Virus record (IMG/VR): IMGVR_UViG_3300037869_000009
Location: 10,094-74,093 of that record
Strand: one strand, 5' to 3'
Source of the DNA: a virus
DNA length: 64,000 nucleotides
A program made the translations under genes and the position numbers. Below are positions 9,773-18,415 of this stretch, in pieces (the first letter of the stretch is position 1; each line of letters opens with the position of its first letter). The notes below the pieces were generated by a model, which did not search any database, had not been told where the DNA came from, and saw nothing but the letters and a program-made list of their open reading frames with translations.

Positions 9773-9874
9773 AGATTAGGGTATGTGGGACGGGTGCCCC
9801 CGGGCTAGACGGCATGGAGAACAAAATCGTGCCCACCCTTGATAGCAGGGTTCATTGAATACAGGGGCACCCGT

Positions 9875-9898
9875 AGTTGTCGCCCCGGGGCGACAACT
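9875..9898. repeat. Dispersed palindrome copy 2 (AGTTGTCGCCCCGGGGCGACAACT)
   Basis: 24-bp perfect palindrome, 128 bp from copy 1. Confidence 0.95.
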
Positions 9899-10200
9899 CA
9901 CGGTGTCCAGACGCGTGGACCCGGGGGTGGCTCCCAAACCTGCCCATTCAGTTCAGCCCGCAATGCCTTCGGGAGTGCGTCCAGAATCCTTGACACTGAC
10001 CAGCCATGACCGGCGCGCAGTTCCCGGAACCAGCGTTCCAAGATTTTGAAACGACGCCGTGTCTCCTGTGCTGTCATTTGGCAAGGGTGTTCACGGTATG
10101 ACTGCGCAATGGTGGCGTGAAATGCAGCAAACACACGCGCATGTTTTGCGGTGTCTACCTGTCCCCGGGTCAACATCGCTTCCAACAGTTCGCATGCCAT
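9898..10200 (-). CDS. Hypothetical protein
   Basis: 100-aa ORF, operon context. Confidence 0.65.
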   Translation of the reverse strand: MACELLEAMLTRGQVDTAKHARVFAAFHATIAQSYREHPCQMTAQETRRRFKILERWFRELRAGHGWSVSRILDALPKALRAELNGQVWEPPPGPRVWTP

Positions 10201-10210
10201 AGGTCCGAGT

Positions 10211-11263
10211 TTAGACCGGTAAAACGGTGCTACGGCAATGACCGTGCAAGGGTGGGAAAATGGCTCCGATACCAGCCAACTGTTTGGGACTCTTTCCCTT
10301 GCTGAACTCGCCTACGTCATCGGCTTTGCCGTAACCACTTCGTGTCACAGTTGCGATCCGAACATTCTTTTCACCCTGTTTCACATACAGAATCCGATTC
10401 CCGTTCTGGTCCGTTCCTTCGTTGACCCAAGGACTGGCCTGGGTGATTTCTTCGGGGTCCTTCAGACTCGTGATCTTGTTGATGTGATTCATCGCGGTTT
10501 CAGTTGTAAACACTGTCCCGTGATAGAACCGGCATACATTCGAAGTCACTTCATCCAACACTGCCTGAAACACCCATTCCGTGATCCCGGCATCGTCAAA
10601 GGCCCCGAACTGCGAAAACGTCCGCGCATGGGTACTGAAGCTGTTAGCCACGACTCGCCAATAACTGGGTCCCCTGGACACACTGTTCCCCAGTGACGTC
10701 TGCAGCGACTTTCCGATCTCGATCGGCCCCTGTCCGGTCTGAAGTCCACGTTCCACAATCCCGCGGGCCCTGCCCGAGTGCCAATCGGCCCGGTTCCCAA
10801 GTTCATCGCGAACATAGTTCGTGGTGATTTGCCGAACCAACTTTTCAACCTTTCGATCGCGGGAAGACAGCTCCGCCCCGATCTCCATCTTGAAAGTGCG
10901 CTTCATGCTGGCCCGGGTAGCCTTGGCAAGCTTGGGCCCCTCGGACTCCAAGATGGCTGCGAACTTCGGGGGCACCGTGGCGATCTTCGCCTTCAGGATC
11001 CGGTTTGCTGCTTTCAGAACCTTGTCCACCTGACCATCCGTCATGCGGTCCCAGCTGACGTCAAGAGTATCCAGCGCAGCCTTCACGGCCCTGGCTTCGT
11101 CCCCGGCCACCGCGGCATTGATCCTGCGGGACAAGCGCTCCGTGATGACTACGAAGTCCGCGGCCTTCAAGGGGTCCAGCGCTTTGGTGATGTCTACCCG
11201 TAGCATCTGGGACGCAAGCTGTTCCGCAGCCAGGGCCCCAGACTGGTAGATCGCAACACTCAC
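10211..11263 (-). CDS. Head morphogenesis protein (SPP1 gp7 / MuF-like)
   Basis: FQAVLDEVTSNVCRFYHG and terminal FPPLHGHCRSTVLPV motifs; follows portal. Confidence 0.9.
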   Translation of the reverse strand: MSVAIYQSGALAAEQLASQMLRVDITKALDPLKAADFVVITERLSRRINAAVAGDEARAVKAALDTLDVSWDRMTDGQVDKVLKAANRILKAKIATVPPKFAAILESEGPKLAKATRASMKRTFKMEIGAELSSRDRKVEKLVRQITTNYVRDELGNRADWHSGRARGIVERGLQTGQGPIEIGKSLQTSLGNSVSRGPSYWRVVANSFSTHARTFSQFGAFDDAGITEWVFQAVLDEVTSNVCRFYHGTVFTTETAMNHINKITSLKDPEEITQASPWVNEGTDQNGNRILYVKQGEKNVRIATVTRSGYGKADDVGEFSKGKSPKQLAGIGAIFPPLHGHCRSTVLPV

Positions 11264-13257
11264 GTGGGCTGGACCATGGTGGCGAACACGTCCGCAGGAA
11301 TCTTGATCACTTCCGGTTCATCATCGTTATCATCCACCACAGTCACGGGTGGCTTCGCTGCCAGACGCGCTTCGCGCTCCCGTAGTTCGCAGCGTTTCGC
11401 TGCCACCGATTCTTCGATCTCCACGGCTTCGAGCTGGTCACGCAACTTCATCAACCGTGCTGCGTTCATCTTCAGCCGGCGCTTCGCGGTTGCAACGGCC
11501 CCCAGCGGTTCACCGATGCCTGAAGCTTCACCGGCTGTCGGGATATCGTTGTCATCGGTGACGTCCAACGGGATACCCGCAATCGTCATTGTGATGGGCT
11601 GTTCGGTCCAGTCCGCATCGATGCGGGGAAGCTCTGTGTGAAAGACACGGTCCGCAGCAATCACGCGCCCATCCTTCGGAACCAGGATCCCCACGCTGCT
11701 TAGCTTCGTAAGCGCTTCGGCCATCTCCAAGGGATCTGTGATGCGTGGACCATCGGAAACCAGCTTCCAATATTTGATCCCGAGTGCTGGAAGAATCATG
11801 CGATTCAGCGTGAAATCAGTGCTTAGTCGTTCGGGTCCAAAGACCTGCGTTTCTGCGAACTCCAGTGCGGCCTGTGCACTGGCTCGGTTGAAGTCACGGA
11901 TGTCACCACGAAGCATGCGGGGCAGCCGAAACGACATGCCTACTTTATCGATGTTGCGTTCATCGTAGTTTTGAAACAGCGCGTCTTTCATGTGCGCGTC
12001 TGTCAATGGTTTGATCTCGATCCTACAACGCCCCGAGTTTTCCAAGCCCATCATCGCTTGGATCGGTGGGGAGTCCGCTTCCAGGATCAGGATCTTGTGG
12101 AAGTTGCGCTTCCCCTTGATCTCACCTTCGATGAAGGACCGGATAGTCTTCACGGAATCGGCCTGCAGCCGTCCACCACTGACCGTGATCACCAGCGGTG
12201 GAATGGACTTATTTTCGAAGTAAGTGAAATTCACTTCTTCGGCATGGCGGGAGCCCAGCACTGAAATCAGATTCCCGATCCAACGCGGTACGCCATACGC
12301 GCTAGTCGCGCTGTGGATACGGAAGTGAATCACTTCGTTTGCTGCTACCGCCTTGGGTTCCTTCTTCTGTAGGCCCTTCAAATCGTCATAAGCTAGGCCG
12401 GTGCGTGCGCTGATGACCCTGGGGTCCCCAAACTCTTTGAACCACACAGGCTTCTGACCAGCCACGATCTGGATGAAGCGCCGGAACGTGCGATACACGG
12501 TCTGGGGCATGAATGTGATGGGGCCGCGCTGCACTACCTGCTGAACCGGGATGCGATCCACATCTTGTTCAACAAGGCGCACGGTATGGGCTGCCATCCC
12601 AACGAACTGCTGGGGCTTGCCAGCTGCGTTGCGCACCACCTCCCAGTAGCCGTTCCCGGTTGTCTCCATGTCGGCCCGGGTCCGATGGCGCAGCGTGACA
12701 AAACTGATGTCCGGGCATGCATACTCAAAAAACGATTCGGCCCGCGCGCGTTCGATACGCATGTCCCGCTTCAGCCGTTCGATCTCTGAATCCACTTCGG
12801 CTTCCGTGGGTTCATTGTCCTTGGCTTCGGGATCTCCTTCGCCTGACCGCAACAGCCGATCCAGAAACATTGCATCGCGAACCTTGTCCCGCGCGTCATC
12901 GGCATCCAGGTTGATCGTGGGTTCAAAGTGATGACCAAACCCATCAATGTTCGTGGCGTACGAATCGATATTTTGACGCAAGCTGTTCGAGTGCTCTAGC
13001 AGCTCGTAAAGGGTCTGAGGATCGAACGGCGGGGTCAGGTACCCATCCACCATTGCGAAGCCGGACGCTGCACTGGTGATGATGTTGGCGGGGTCATTGC
13101 TGGCACTGCTGGAAAGCGATGCAGAGTCTTTCCGGACCTGGGACTTACCTACCAGCTCGAAGCGATCGCCACCGCCGATGATGGTTGCTCGCACACGTTC
13201 AGTCAGATCATCGGTGGCATTCATCGCCACCGATGCTGCTTTCTCGCGCGCACCCAT
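11260..13257 (-). CDS. Portal protein (PBSX-like)
   Basis: 665 aa; D.ETTGNGYWEVVRN..GKP, ANEVIHFR, YGVPRWIG, ..F..KSIPPL.I.VSGG, SFRLPRML.G...DFNRASA motifs. Confidence 0.9.
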   Translation of the reverse strand: MGAREKAASVAMNATDDLTERVRATIIGGGDRFELVGKSQVRKDSASLSSSASNDPANIITSAASGFAMVDGYLTPPFDPQTLYELLEHSNSLRQNIDSYATNIDGFGHHFEPTINLDADDARDKVRDAMFLDRLLRSGEGDPEAKDNEPTEAEVDSEIERLKRDMRIERARAESFFEYACPDISFVTLRHRTRADMETTGNGYWEVVRNAAGKPQQFVGMAAHTVRLVEQDVDRIPVQQVVQRGPITFMPQTVYRTFRRFIQIVAGQKPVWFKEFGDPRVISARTGLAYDDLKGLQKKEPKAVAANEVIHFRIHSATSAYGVPRWIGNLISVLGSRHAEEVNFTYFENKSIPPLVITVSGGRLQADSVKTIRSFIEGEIKGKRNFHKILILEADSPPIQAMMGLENSGRCRIEIKPLTDAHMKDALFQNYDERNIDKVGMSFRLPRMLRGDIRDFNRASAQAALEFAETQVFGPERLSTDFTLNRMILPALGIKYWKLVSDGPRITDPLEMAEALTKLSSVGILVPKDGRVIAADRVFHTELPRIDADWTEQPITMTIAGIPLDVTDDNDIPTAGEASGIGEPLGAVATAKRRLKMNAARLMKLRDQLEAVEIEESVAAKRCELREREARLAAKPPVTVVDDNDDEPEVIKIPADVFATMVQPT

Positions 13258-13550
13258 CAGAATGACCTGGAGTCGAAGCCACCAAACCAGGCTTCAGGGA
13301 CTCCACTGGTGAACGCAGTGGTTCGGATACGCAGCTTTTTGCAAGCGTGCGGAACGGTGTAGAAGCCCGGCGCAGTAATGCCGCTGTGAACAGCTTGGTA
13401 ACGCGCCCCGTCCAGCGATATTTCAACGTCCAGCGTGGCGACGAAGGTCCCCATGATCTGGATCGTCTTCTCGACGTAGCCAGCAACTTCCTTCGGGGCC
13501 CCGGCTGCAACGGATGCGGGGACTGTCAAGGCTTTCAGTTCTGTCTTCAT
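13257..13550 (-). CDS. Hypothetical protein
   Basis: 97-aa ORF abutting the portal start. Confidence 0.65.
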   Translation of the reverse strand: MKTELKALTVPASVAAGAPKEVAGYVEKTIQIMGTFVATLDVEISLDGARYQAVHSGITAPGFYTVPHACKKLRIRTTAFTSGVPEAWFGGFDSRSF

Positions 13551-13722
13551 GTGACCCCTTTGGCTCCCGGCAATGTAACTCGGGTGCCAAACGGTGGGCC
13601 ACGGCGGCGCTGTGCGTACTCTTACAGCACTGCCAGTTGAAGCGTCCTTCCCCCCAGTTGACGCTACGCTGTCTTATCCGGGGCGCTCCATCTGGAACAG
13701 TGCAGATGGAGCGCCTTCCCCT

Positions 13723-14079
13723 TCAGGCACGCTTACTCTTCGTGGCGAGTTGACCCGCTGGGACACGTCCCCGGGGCGCTGGCGCCACTTCTTCATTCCG
13801 TTTACGCCCTTCCACGATCGCTTGACGAAGTGCTGGATCCACTGCGCCGGGAGTACGGCCTTTCATGGCCCGGAATCCTTTGTCCGAGCATGCCGCATCG
13901 ATGCGATCCCGAAGATTCAAGTCAGTGATGTAGCGATGCAAAGAGCTGTAGCCAACATCCAGGTGTTTGGCTGCAGCTTCTTTGTTTCCGCGGTGTTTGA
14001 CGATCGCACCCACGATCAAATCCGCCACGTGCTTGTCGCCCTTCACCAGTCGTAGCGCTTGAATCTTCGATACTGACAT
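13723..14079 (-). CDS. Fis-like HTH DNA-binding protein
   Basis: AIVKHRGNKEAAAKHLDVGYSSLHRYI HTH; GGAGG RBS supports ATG at 14079. Confidence 0.75.
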   Translation of the reverse strand: MSVSKIQALRLVKGDKHVADLIVGAIVKHRGNKEAAAKHLDVGYSSLHRYITDLNLRDRIDAACSDKGFRAMKGRTPGAVDPALRQAIVEGRKRNEEVAPAPRGRVPAGQLATKSKRA

Positions 14080-14100
14080 TCTCTTTACCTCCAAGGTCCA

Positions 14101-14120
14101 GTATCTCAGAACTGCGATAC
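14101..14120. promoter_or_regulatory. 20-bp operator copy (GTATCTCAGAACTGCGATAC)
   Basis: One mismatch to consensus GTATCYCAG-N4-GRGATAC; between the divergent HTH and sigma4 genes. Confidence 0.7.
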
Positions 14121-14195
14121 CGGATCAAGGCCAATCGATCCGTACGGGAAAACACCAGTATTGAACCGCAAAAAAGGTGGCTATTATGCGGAGTC

Positions 14196-14693
14196 ATGCG
14201 CGTCCCCGCATTCGCCTATCTCGCGTTCTATCGATCCCAGCACCCGACTCCGCGCCGGTCCCACCCGAAGCCAGCTCACAACCCGTGGGATGAACTGGAG
14301 TGGTGGCAGCACCCGGAAGCCATACGCGCCGTCAATGAACACCCCAACGGGATGACACTCGAAGAAATCGGGCGCCACATGGGGATCACTCGGGAACGGG
14401 TCAGGCAAGTGGAAGCCACCGCGCTACGGAAGCTGAAAGAATGCAGCGGGGATGAAGTGATCAACGTGGGCCGCTTCGCGGTTGCGATCCCGGACTGTGA
14501 GCGCTGCGACCAGCCCTACATCCGACGCAATGGACGTGACCGGCGCTGCGACTTATGCGAAGCCAAGCGCCGGAAGAACCGCAGATCCCGGGCCCACATC
14601 AGTCCAGCATTAGGCGTTGCACAGCGGACCGCACTTCATCCGCTGTCATCGTCCAGTGGTCATGTGGAAAGTGGCAGACATAGCGCAGCTTGA
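14196..14693 (+). CDS. Sigma70 region-4-only protein with C-terminal CxxC/CxxC
   Basis: GMTLEEIGRHMGITRERVRQVEATALRKLK = sigma region 4.2 HTH; no region 2. Confidence 0.8.
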   Translation: MRVPAFAYLAFYRSQHPTPRRSHPKPAHNPWDELEWWQHPEAIRAVNEHPNGMTLEEIGRHMGITRERVRQVEATALRKLKECSGDEVINVGRFAVAIPDCERCDQPYIRRNGRDRRCDLCEAKRRKNRRSRAHISPALGVAQRTALHPLSSSSGHVESGRHSAA

Positions 14694-14931
14694 ACGCCTG
14701 GAAGTGCTTCAGTGCCAACACATCGCCCACACAATGGGCAAGAATCGCTACCGCCAGCTGCGCCGGACCACTTCCGGAATACCCCCAGTCCAGACCCGTT
14801 GGCGACTTGCGCAACAGGTCCAGACGGGGGTTCAGGGCTTCTTCGTGAGTCGTGCCGGGCTGTGGCCCGGAGTGCAGGACCACGACACTGCAGCCCGTTA
14901 CGGAACGATGGCCGATGTATTCCACTGACAT
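14599..14931 (-). CDS. DUF6166-like protein
   Basis: SPTGLDWGYSGSGPAQLAVAILA motif (recalled family); ATG at 14931. Confidence 0.7.
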   Translation of the reverse strand: MSVEYIGHRSVTGCSVVVLHSGPQPGTTHEEALNPRLDLLRKSPTGLDWGYSGSGPAQLAVAILAHCVGDVLALKHFQAFKLRYVCHFPHDHWTMTADEVRSAVQRLMLD

Positions 14932-14944
14932 AGGGACCAAACGT

Positions 14945-15154
14945 TTACCGTCTGCAATCCCGCAGTCTATCCGCAATATCGTCCAAGTGCTTCGCCTGTT
15001 CGGCTTCAGCCCCTGCAGACCGTTCCAGGGCCCGCGCAATGCGCTCCATGATGTGGCCCGCATCATCCGCGGCTGCCCTTCCCGTGGGGGCCAGCGCGGC
15101 CCCCAGGCCAAAGGACAGGAACGCAACGAACCCGATTACTGCTGATTGCTTCAT
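14945..15154 (-). CDS. Small signal-peptide/membrane protein with coiled coil
   Basis: MKQSAVIGFVAFLSFGLGAALA hydrophobic N-terminus; promoter immediately upstream. Confidence 0.65.
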   Translation of the reverse strand: MKQSAVIGFVAFLSFGLGAALAPTGRAAADDAGHIMERIARALERSAGAEAEQAKHLDDIADRLRDCRR

Positions 15155-15164
15155 GCTATCGATT

Positions 15165-15184
15165 GTATCCCAGCTGCGGAATAC
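15165..15184 (-). promoter_or_regulatory. Operator copy in promoter ATTGCA-17-TACAAT
   Basis: GTATCCCAGCTGCGGAATAC; -10 lies 7 nt upstream of the ATG at 15154. Confidence 0.75.
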
Positions 15185-15252
15185 TGCAATGCCCCGGATG
15201 AAGTATTTGTTGGCACGATTCTGGGGGCCCGGGCCAGGGGATCCAGGGGGCC

Positions 15253-15267
15253 GATAGCTTAGCTATC
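15253..15267. repeat. GATAGC-TTA-GCTATC inverted motif copy 1
   Basis: Exact 15-mer, intergenic. Confidence 0.85.
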
Positions 15268-15401
15268 TGCGCCGGGGAAACAGACCGCTGAACGTCCCCA
15301 GATAGGGGCGATCACCAAATCGCCCAAAAACGAAGCTAAGTATATGAAATCATTCAGGACACCCCCGATCGCCAGATCGGCGATTCGGGGGATCACTTCG
15401 G

Positions 15402-15626
15402 TCAGACTTCGAAGGTCACCAGACCGGTCCGGTGGCTGACCACCGTGGTGGTCTGGGGCTCTACCCGAAGCTGGGCAGGGTCCAGGACCAGCATGGTCCC
15501 GGAGTCCGCCAAATCGGCGGTAACCACGAAGGCCACCCCGTCCCGGATCTCCCGGACTCGGACTCGAAGTTCCGAGGTACGGAAGCCACGGAGTCCGGAA
15601 GCGATAGCGTAGGTTTTGGTGTTCAT
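15402..15626 (-). CDS. Small early-type hypothetical protein
   Basis: MNTKTYAIASG... 74 aa, AAAGGAA RBS-like sequence upstream. Confidence 0.65.
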   Translation of the reverse strand: MNTKTYAIASGLRGFRTSELRVRVREIRDGVAFVVTADLADSGTMLVLDPAQLRVEPQTTTVVSHRTGLVTFEV

Positions 15627-15652
15627 GGGAGCGGTTCCTTTCGAGTGGTGAG

Positions 15653-15811
15653 TTAGCGTGCGGAGTTGGAAGCAAGCCACTTCACAGCGGCTGCGGGGTT
15701 CCTGCGCTGGCACTTGCTGCAGGGGTACACAACCCGTTCGCTGCAGAGTCCGCCACACAGGGGGCAGTGGCCGGACTTGATCTTGTTGATGGTGGTCTTC
15801 GCGGTGTTCAT
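15653..15811 (-). CDS. Small CxxC/CxxC protein
   Basis: MNTAKTTINKIKSGHCPLCGGLCSERVVYPCSKC...; follows a promoter cassette. Confidence 0.6.
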   Translation of the reverse strand: MNTAKTTINKIKSGHCPLCGGLCSERVVYPCSKCQRRNPAAAVKWLASNSAR

Positions 15812-15830
15812 CTTGCGTTCCCCTTGATTG

Positions 15831-15918
15831 ACTCGACTTCTAAAGAGTATCCCAGATCGGGGATACTGCATAGCCCCCTTCGCAACTATTTTCGAAGTGC
15901 TGGGGAACACTGCGAAAT
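15831..15918. repeat. ~88-bp promoter cassette, copy A (copy B at 16299-16387)
   Basis: Near-identical direct repeat, roughly 9 differences by eye. Confidence 0.9.
15847..15866 (-). promoter_or_regulatory. Operator copy (GTATCCCAGATCGGGGATAC)
   Basis: Consensus match; minus-strand -10 TACTCT. Confidence 0.85.
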
Positions 15919-15920
15919 GG

Positions 15921-16094
15921 TCACTTTTGTGTCCAGGGTTCGCTTCGCAACCGAGCCACGATCCCTTCAGCGGTTGCGCGGTAACAGACGCGAGTCCAGA
16001 ACTCGCCATCGATCCGGACTTCATACGCGGTGCGGTCCAGCACCCCGAACAAACCCCAGTTGTTGGGCACTTCCACGATTGTGATCTCTTTCAT
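15921..16094 (-). CDS. Small hypothetical protein (57 aa), not in the ORF track
   Basis: Manual translation MKEITIVEVPNNWGLFGVLDRTAYEVRIDGEFWTRVCYRATAEGIVARLRSEPWTQK. Confidence 0.55.
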   Translation of the reverse strand: MKEITIVEVPNNWGLFGVLDRTAYEVRIDGEFWTRVCYRATAEGIVARLRSEPWTQK

Positions 16095-16096
16095 GA

Positions 16097-16276
16097 CTAC
16101 TCCAGCACCACCACGTTTACAGGCAATGTGATCTCATTTAGGCGCCACCGGACCCACTGGTCAGGGGCCACTTCCCGGACGGTTCCACCACTTGCAAGTT
16201 CGTAGAACCGGAGTCCGATCCCATACGAGTTGACCACAGTTTCAATCCGCCCGTTTACCTTGATCTGCTTTGGCAT
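16097..16276 (-). CDS. Small hypothetical protein (59 aa), not in the ORF track
   Basis: Manual translation MPKQIKVNGRIETVVNSYGIGLRFYELASGG...VVVLE; GGGAG RBS; follows cassette B. Confidence 0.6.
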   Translation of the reverse strand: MPKQIKVNGRIETVVNSYGIGLRFYELASGGTVREVAPDQWVRWRLNEITLPVNVVVLE

Positions 16277-16298
16277 CTGCTGCGCTCCCGTTTGCTAC

Positions 16299-16387
16299 AC
16301 TCGACTTCTAAAGAGTATCCCAGTTCGGAGATACTGCATAGCCCCCAGCACCAACTATTTTCGAAGTGCTGGGGACCACTGCGGAAT
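16299..16387. repeat. ~88-bp promoter cassette, copy B
   Basis: Direct repeat of 15831-15918. Confidence 0.9.
16315..16334 (-). promoter_or_regulatory. Operator copy (GTATCCCAGTTCGGAGATAC)
   Basis: Consensus match. Confidence 0.85.
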
Positions 16388-16887
16388 CAGCGCAGCGTGA
16401 GCGCACCATATCGCGCCATCCCAGGCTTGCTGGGGTCGAAGATGTTTCCGCGCGCAAAGTTCTTTTCCGGGGCCTTCCAGCTAGCAGGCTTCAAAATGTC
16501 CCCAGTTTCCCGAACAATGAAGACCAGCACGCTTCTGCCAGTGCCGTGGATCGTCGCAATCCGGACGTACTTCGGACCGATCCTGTTGATCTCCACCGTG
16601 GCGTTCGGTCCCACGATCTCCTGCGCACGCTTCAGCCAGGCAGCCAAAGCCGTGTTGAAATCCGGGGCTGCATCCGGTGCGGACTCCGCTTCCGGGGCTT
16701 CTGGGAGCGCCACAGAAGGCGCCACCGCTGCGGACTGGGCAACCGCCGGGGCCGCTTCCAGACGGGCCTGCAGGGCCCTGCAGCGCGCCAGCAGCACGTC
16801 CCCCAGGACAATGTTCCCGGCAACGTAGGCTTTGCTGGCCTGGTCCGCGGTGGTCTGCAGTTCGGTCTGAAGTTCGTTGCGTTCCAT
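16387..16887 (-). CDS. Conserved phage early-type protein (GDILKPASWKAP...RGNI motif)
   Basis: KYVRI...SV..F...TGDILKPASWKAP...RGNIF motif recalled from many phage hypotheticals; ATG at 16887. Confidence 0.75.
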   Translation of the reverse strand: MERNELQTELQTTADQASKAYVAGNIVLGDVLLARCRALQARLEAAPAVAQSAAVAPSVALPEAPEAESAPDAAPDFNTALAAWLKRAQEIVGPNATVEINRIGPKYVRIATIHGTGRSVLVFIVRETGDILKPASWKAPEKNFARGNIFDPSKPGMARYGALTLR

Positions 16888-16921
16888 CTTGCTACCCCGT
16901 GATTGACTCGACTCCCTAATA

Positions 16922-16941
16922 GTATCCCAGATCTGGGATAC
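16922..16941 (-). promoter_or_regulatory. Operator copy in promoter TTGATT-17-TACTAT
   Basis: GTATCCCAGATCTGGGATAC (perfect palindrome) fills the -35/-10 spacer. Confidence 0.9.
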
Positions 16942-16987
16942 AATCAACAGGGTCCCCGATGTTTTTTTTTCGGGGACCCCGGAACGG

Positions 16988-17197
16988 TCACCACAAACCG
17001 ATCGCGAGTCCCGCGATCTTCGTGGCGTAGGTGGTGGGGCAAGCACGCTTGCCCAGACGTTCCATGGTGGAACGAACGTCCGCCATGAAGATGGGAAGGT
17101 TGTGGGCGTTGGTTGCCCACGTCCGGATGGAGTCGGACTCCACCTGGGAAAGGGCCGTGGTGAAGAAGATTTCTGCTTTGGTGCTGCGCTTGGCCAT
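16988..17197 (-). CDS. Small early-type hypothetical protein
   Basis: MAKRSTKAEIFF... 69 aa; followed by GC hairpin at ~16951-16980. Confidence 0.65.
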   Translation of the reverse strand: MAKRSTKAEIFFTTALSQVESDSIRTWATNAHNLPIFMADVRSTMERLGKRACPTTYATKIAGLAIGLW

Positions 17198-17233
17198 CGT
17201 TCGTTCCCCCGTGATTGACTCGACTTCTAAAGA

Positions 17234-17253
17234 GTATACCAGTACCGGGATAC
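17234..17253 (-). promoter_or_regulatory. Operator copy in promoter TTGAAT-17-TACTCT
   Basis: GTATACCAGTACCGGGATAC. Confidence 0.85.
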
Positions 17254-17318
17254 ATTCAAGCGCTCTGGTGACCTGGACTCCAATCTTTTTTTTCTTTTGT
17301 CCTACACGCAAACAGTCA

Positions 17319-17350
17319 TAGACAGTATCCCAGTCATGGGATACAATCAA
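17319..17350. promoter_or_regulatory. Overlapping bidirectional sigma70-like promoters sharing one operator (17325-17344)
   Basis: Plus strand TAGACA-17-TACAAT; minus strand TTGATT-17-TACTGT; operator GTATCCCAGTCATGGGATAC. Confidence 0.8.
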
Positions 17351-17423
17351 TGGAGTAGGGACAGGGAAGCGGGAACCGGAGCCGGACCCAGGGCACCTTG
17401 ACATTTTCTCAAGATGGCCCACA

Positions 17424-17708
17424 ATGGAAGGGAAGTATTTTCGAATGGATGCAGTTCAGGCGTTAGCGGATGCGCGGGGTTACGCGCTGGCTGGCCGTGT
17501 TCGATTCACGAAGCACGGAACCAACGAAATGAAGGCAGCATTCGCGGACGTGGATGACGTGATGAACGCCCTAATCAAGGGAACGCACTGTGGTCCCGGG
17601 GATCGTCCCGGACGCTGGAGAATCACGGGCCCGGACTTGTCCGGTACCCACGACCTGACTGTGGTGGTGGTATTCGAAAACGGTGTTCTTGTAGTCACAG
17701 TGTGGTGA
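17424..17708 (+). CDS. DUF4258-family (RelE-like fold) putative toxin
   Basis: GRVRFTKHGTNEM...DDVMNAL...RWRITGPDLSG..LTVVV pattern; start may be 17445. Confidence 0.75.
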   Translation: MEGKYFRMDAVQALADARGYALAGRVRFTKHGTNEMKAAFADVDDVMNALIKGTHCGPGDRPGRWRITGPDLSGTHDLTVVVVFENGVLVVTVW

Positions 17709-17713
17709 AACAA

Positions 17714-18184
17714 ATGGCAAAAACGAAGACGTGTGGACTGTGCAACACAGGGGTATGGCGACCCGTGGATCTCGACTTCACGCAAGCGATTGCCGGGATT
17801 AGCTTCGCTGCGGTGCTGCCTGCGGAACGGTGTTCGCACTGCGGGGAATCAGCACTTTCTCTACAAGTGATGAAAGCTTGGGAACTGGGGGTGGCGCAGC
17901 AACTGGGGGATCTCGCGATCAGGACCGGGGACGCGTTCCGGTTCATGCGGAAGTCCCTGGGTCTGTCCGGGGTGGCGCTGGCCAACCTGCTAGGGGTGGC
18001 TGCTGAGACTGTTTCGCGCTGGGAAAATGTGGCCCCCGATGCGCATGCGTTCGTGTTGCTGACCACGATGGTGGCCGATCGGATTGCCGGAACTAGTGCC
18101 ACGCGGGACCGCTTGCGGGCCACTGGGGGCACGCGTCCCTTGGAACCGGTTGCGGTTACCCTCCCCCGGCTGAAGGCTTCCTAG
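17714..18184 (+). CDS. MqsA-like antitoxin (Zn finger + XRE HTH)
   Basis: CGLC...CSHCGE N-terminal Zn finger; FRFMRKSLGLSGVALANLLGVAAETVSRWEN HTH; paired with DUF4258 gene. Confidence 0.8.
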   Translation: MAKTKTCGLCNTGVWRPVDLDFTQAIAGISFAAVLPAERCSHCGESALSLQVMKAWELGVAQQLGDLAIRTGDAFRFMRKSLGLSGVALANLLGVAAETVSRWENVAPDAHAFVLLTTMVADRIAGTSATRDRLRATGGTRPLEPVAVTLPRLKAS

Positions 18185-18251
18185 CGCCGCTGGGACCCGG
18201 GAATCGCGTCCCGGGTCTGCAGCCCCTGGGACGCCAGGGCTTCCGAGCCCC

Positions 18252-18266
18252 GATAGCTTAGCTATC
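18252..18266. repeat. GATAGC-TTA-GCTATC inverted motif copy 2
   Basis: Exact 15-mer, intergenic. Confidence 0.85.
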
Positions 18267-18359
18267 TGCCCCCTGGACTCCTGGAACCTGGTGGCACAAA
18301 GGCGTGCCAAATCTTTCTTCGGGACGGTTCACGAAATCTTCGTCTCCCCTGTTGTATTT

Positions 18360-18379
18360 GTATCTCAGTGGCGAGATAC
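18360..18379 (+). promoter_or_regulatory. Operator copy (GTATCTCAGTGGCGAGATAC)
   Basis: Consensus match upstream of 18416 gene. Confidence 0.85.
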
Positions 18380-18415
18380 TAGTATTCAGGCAGTAGGGAC
18401 ACCGGAGAAACGAAG

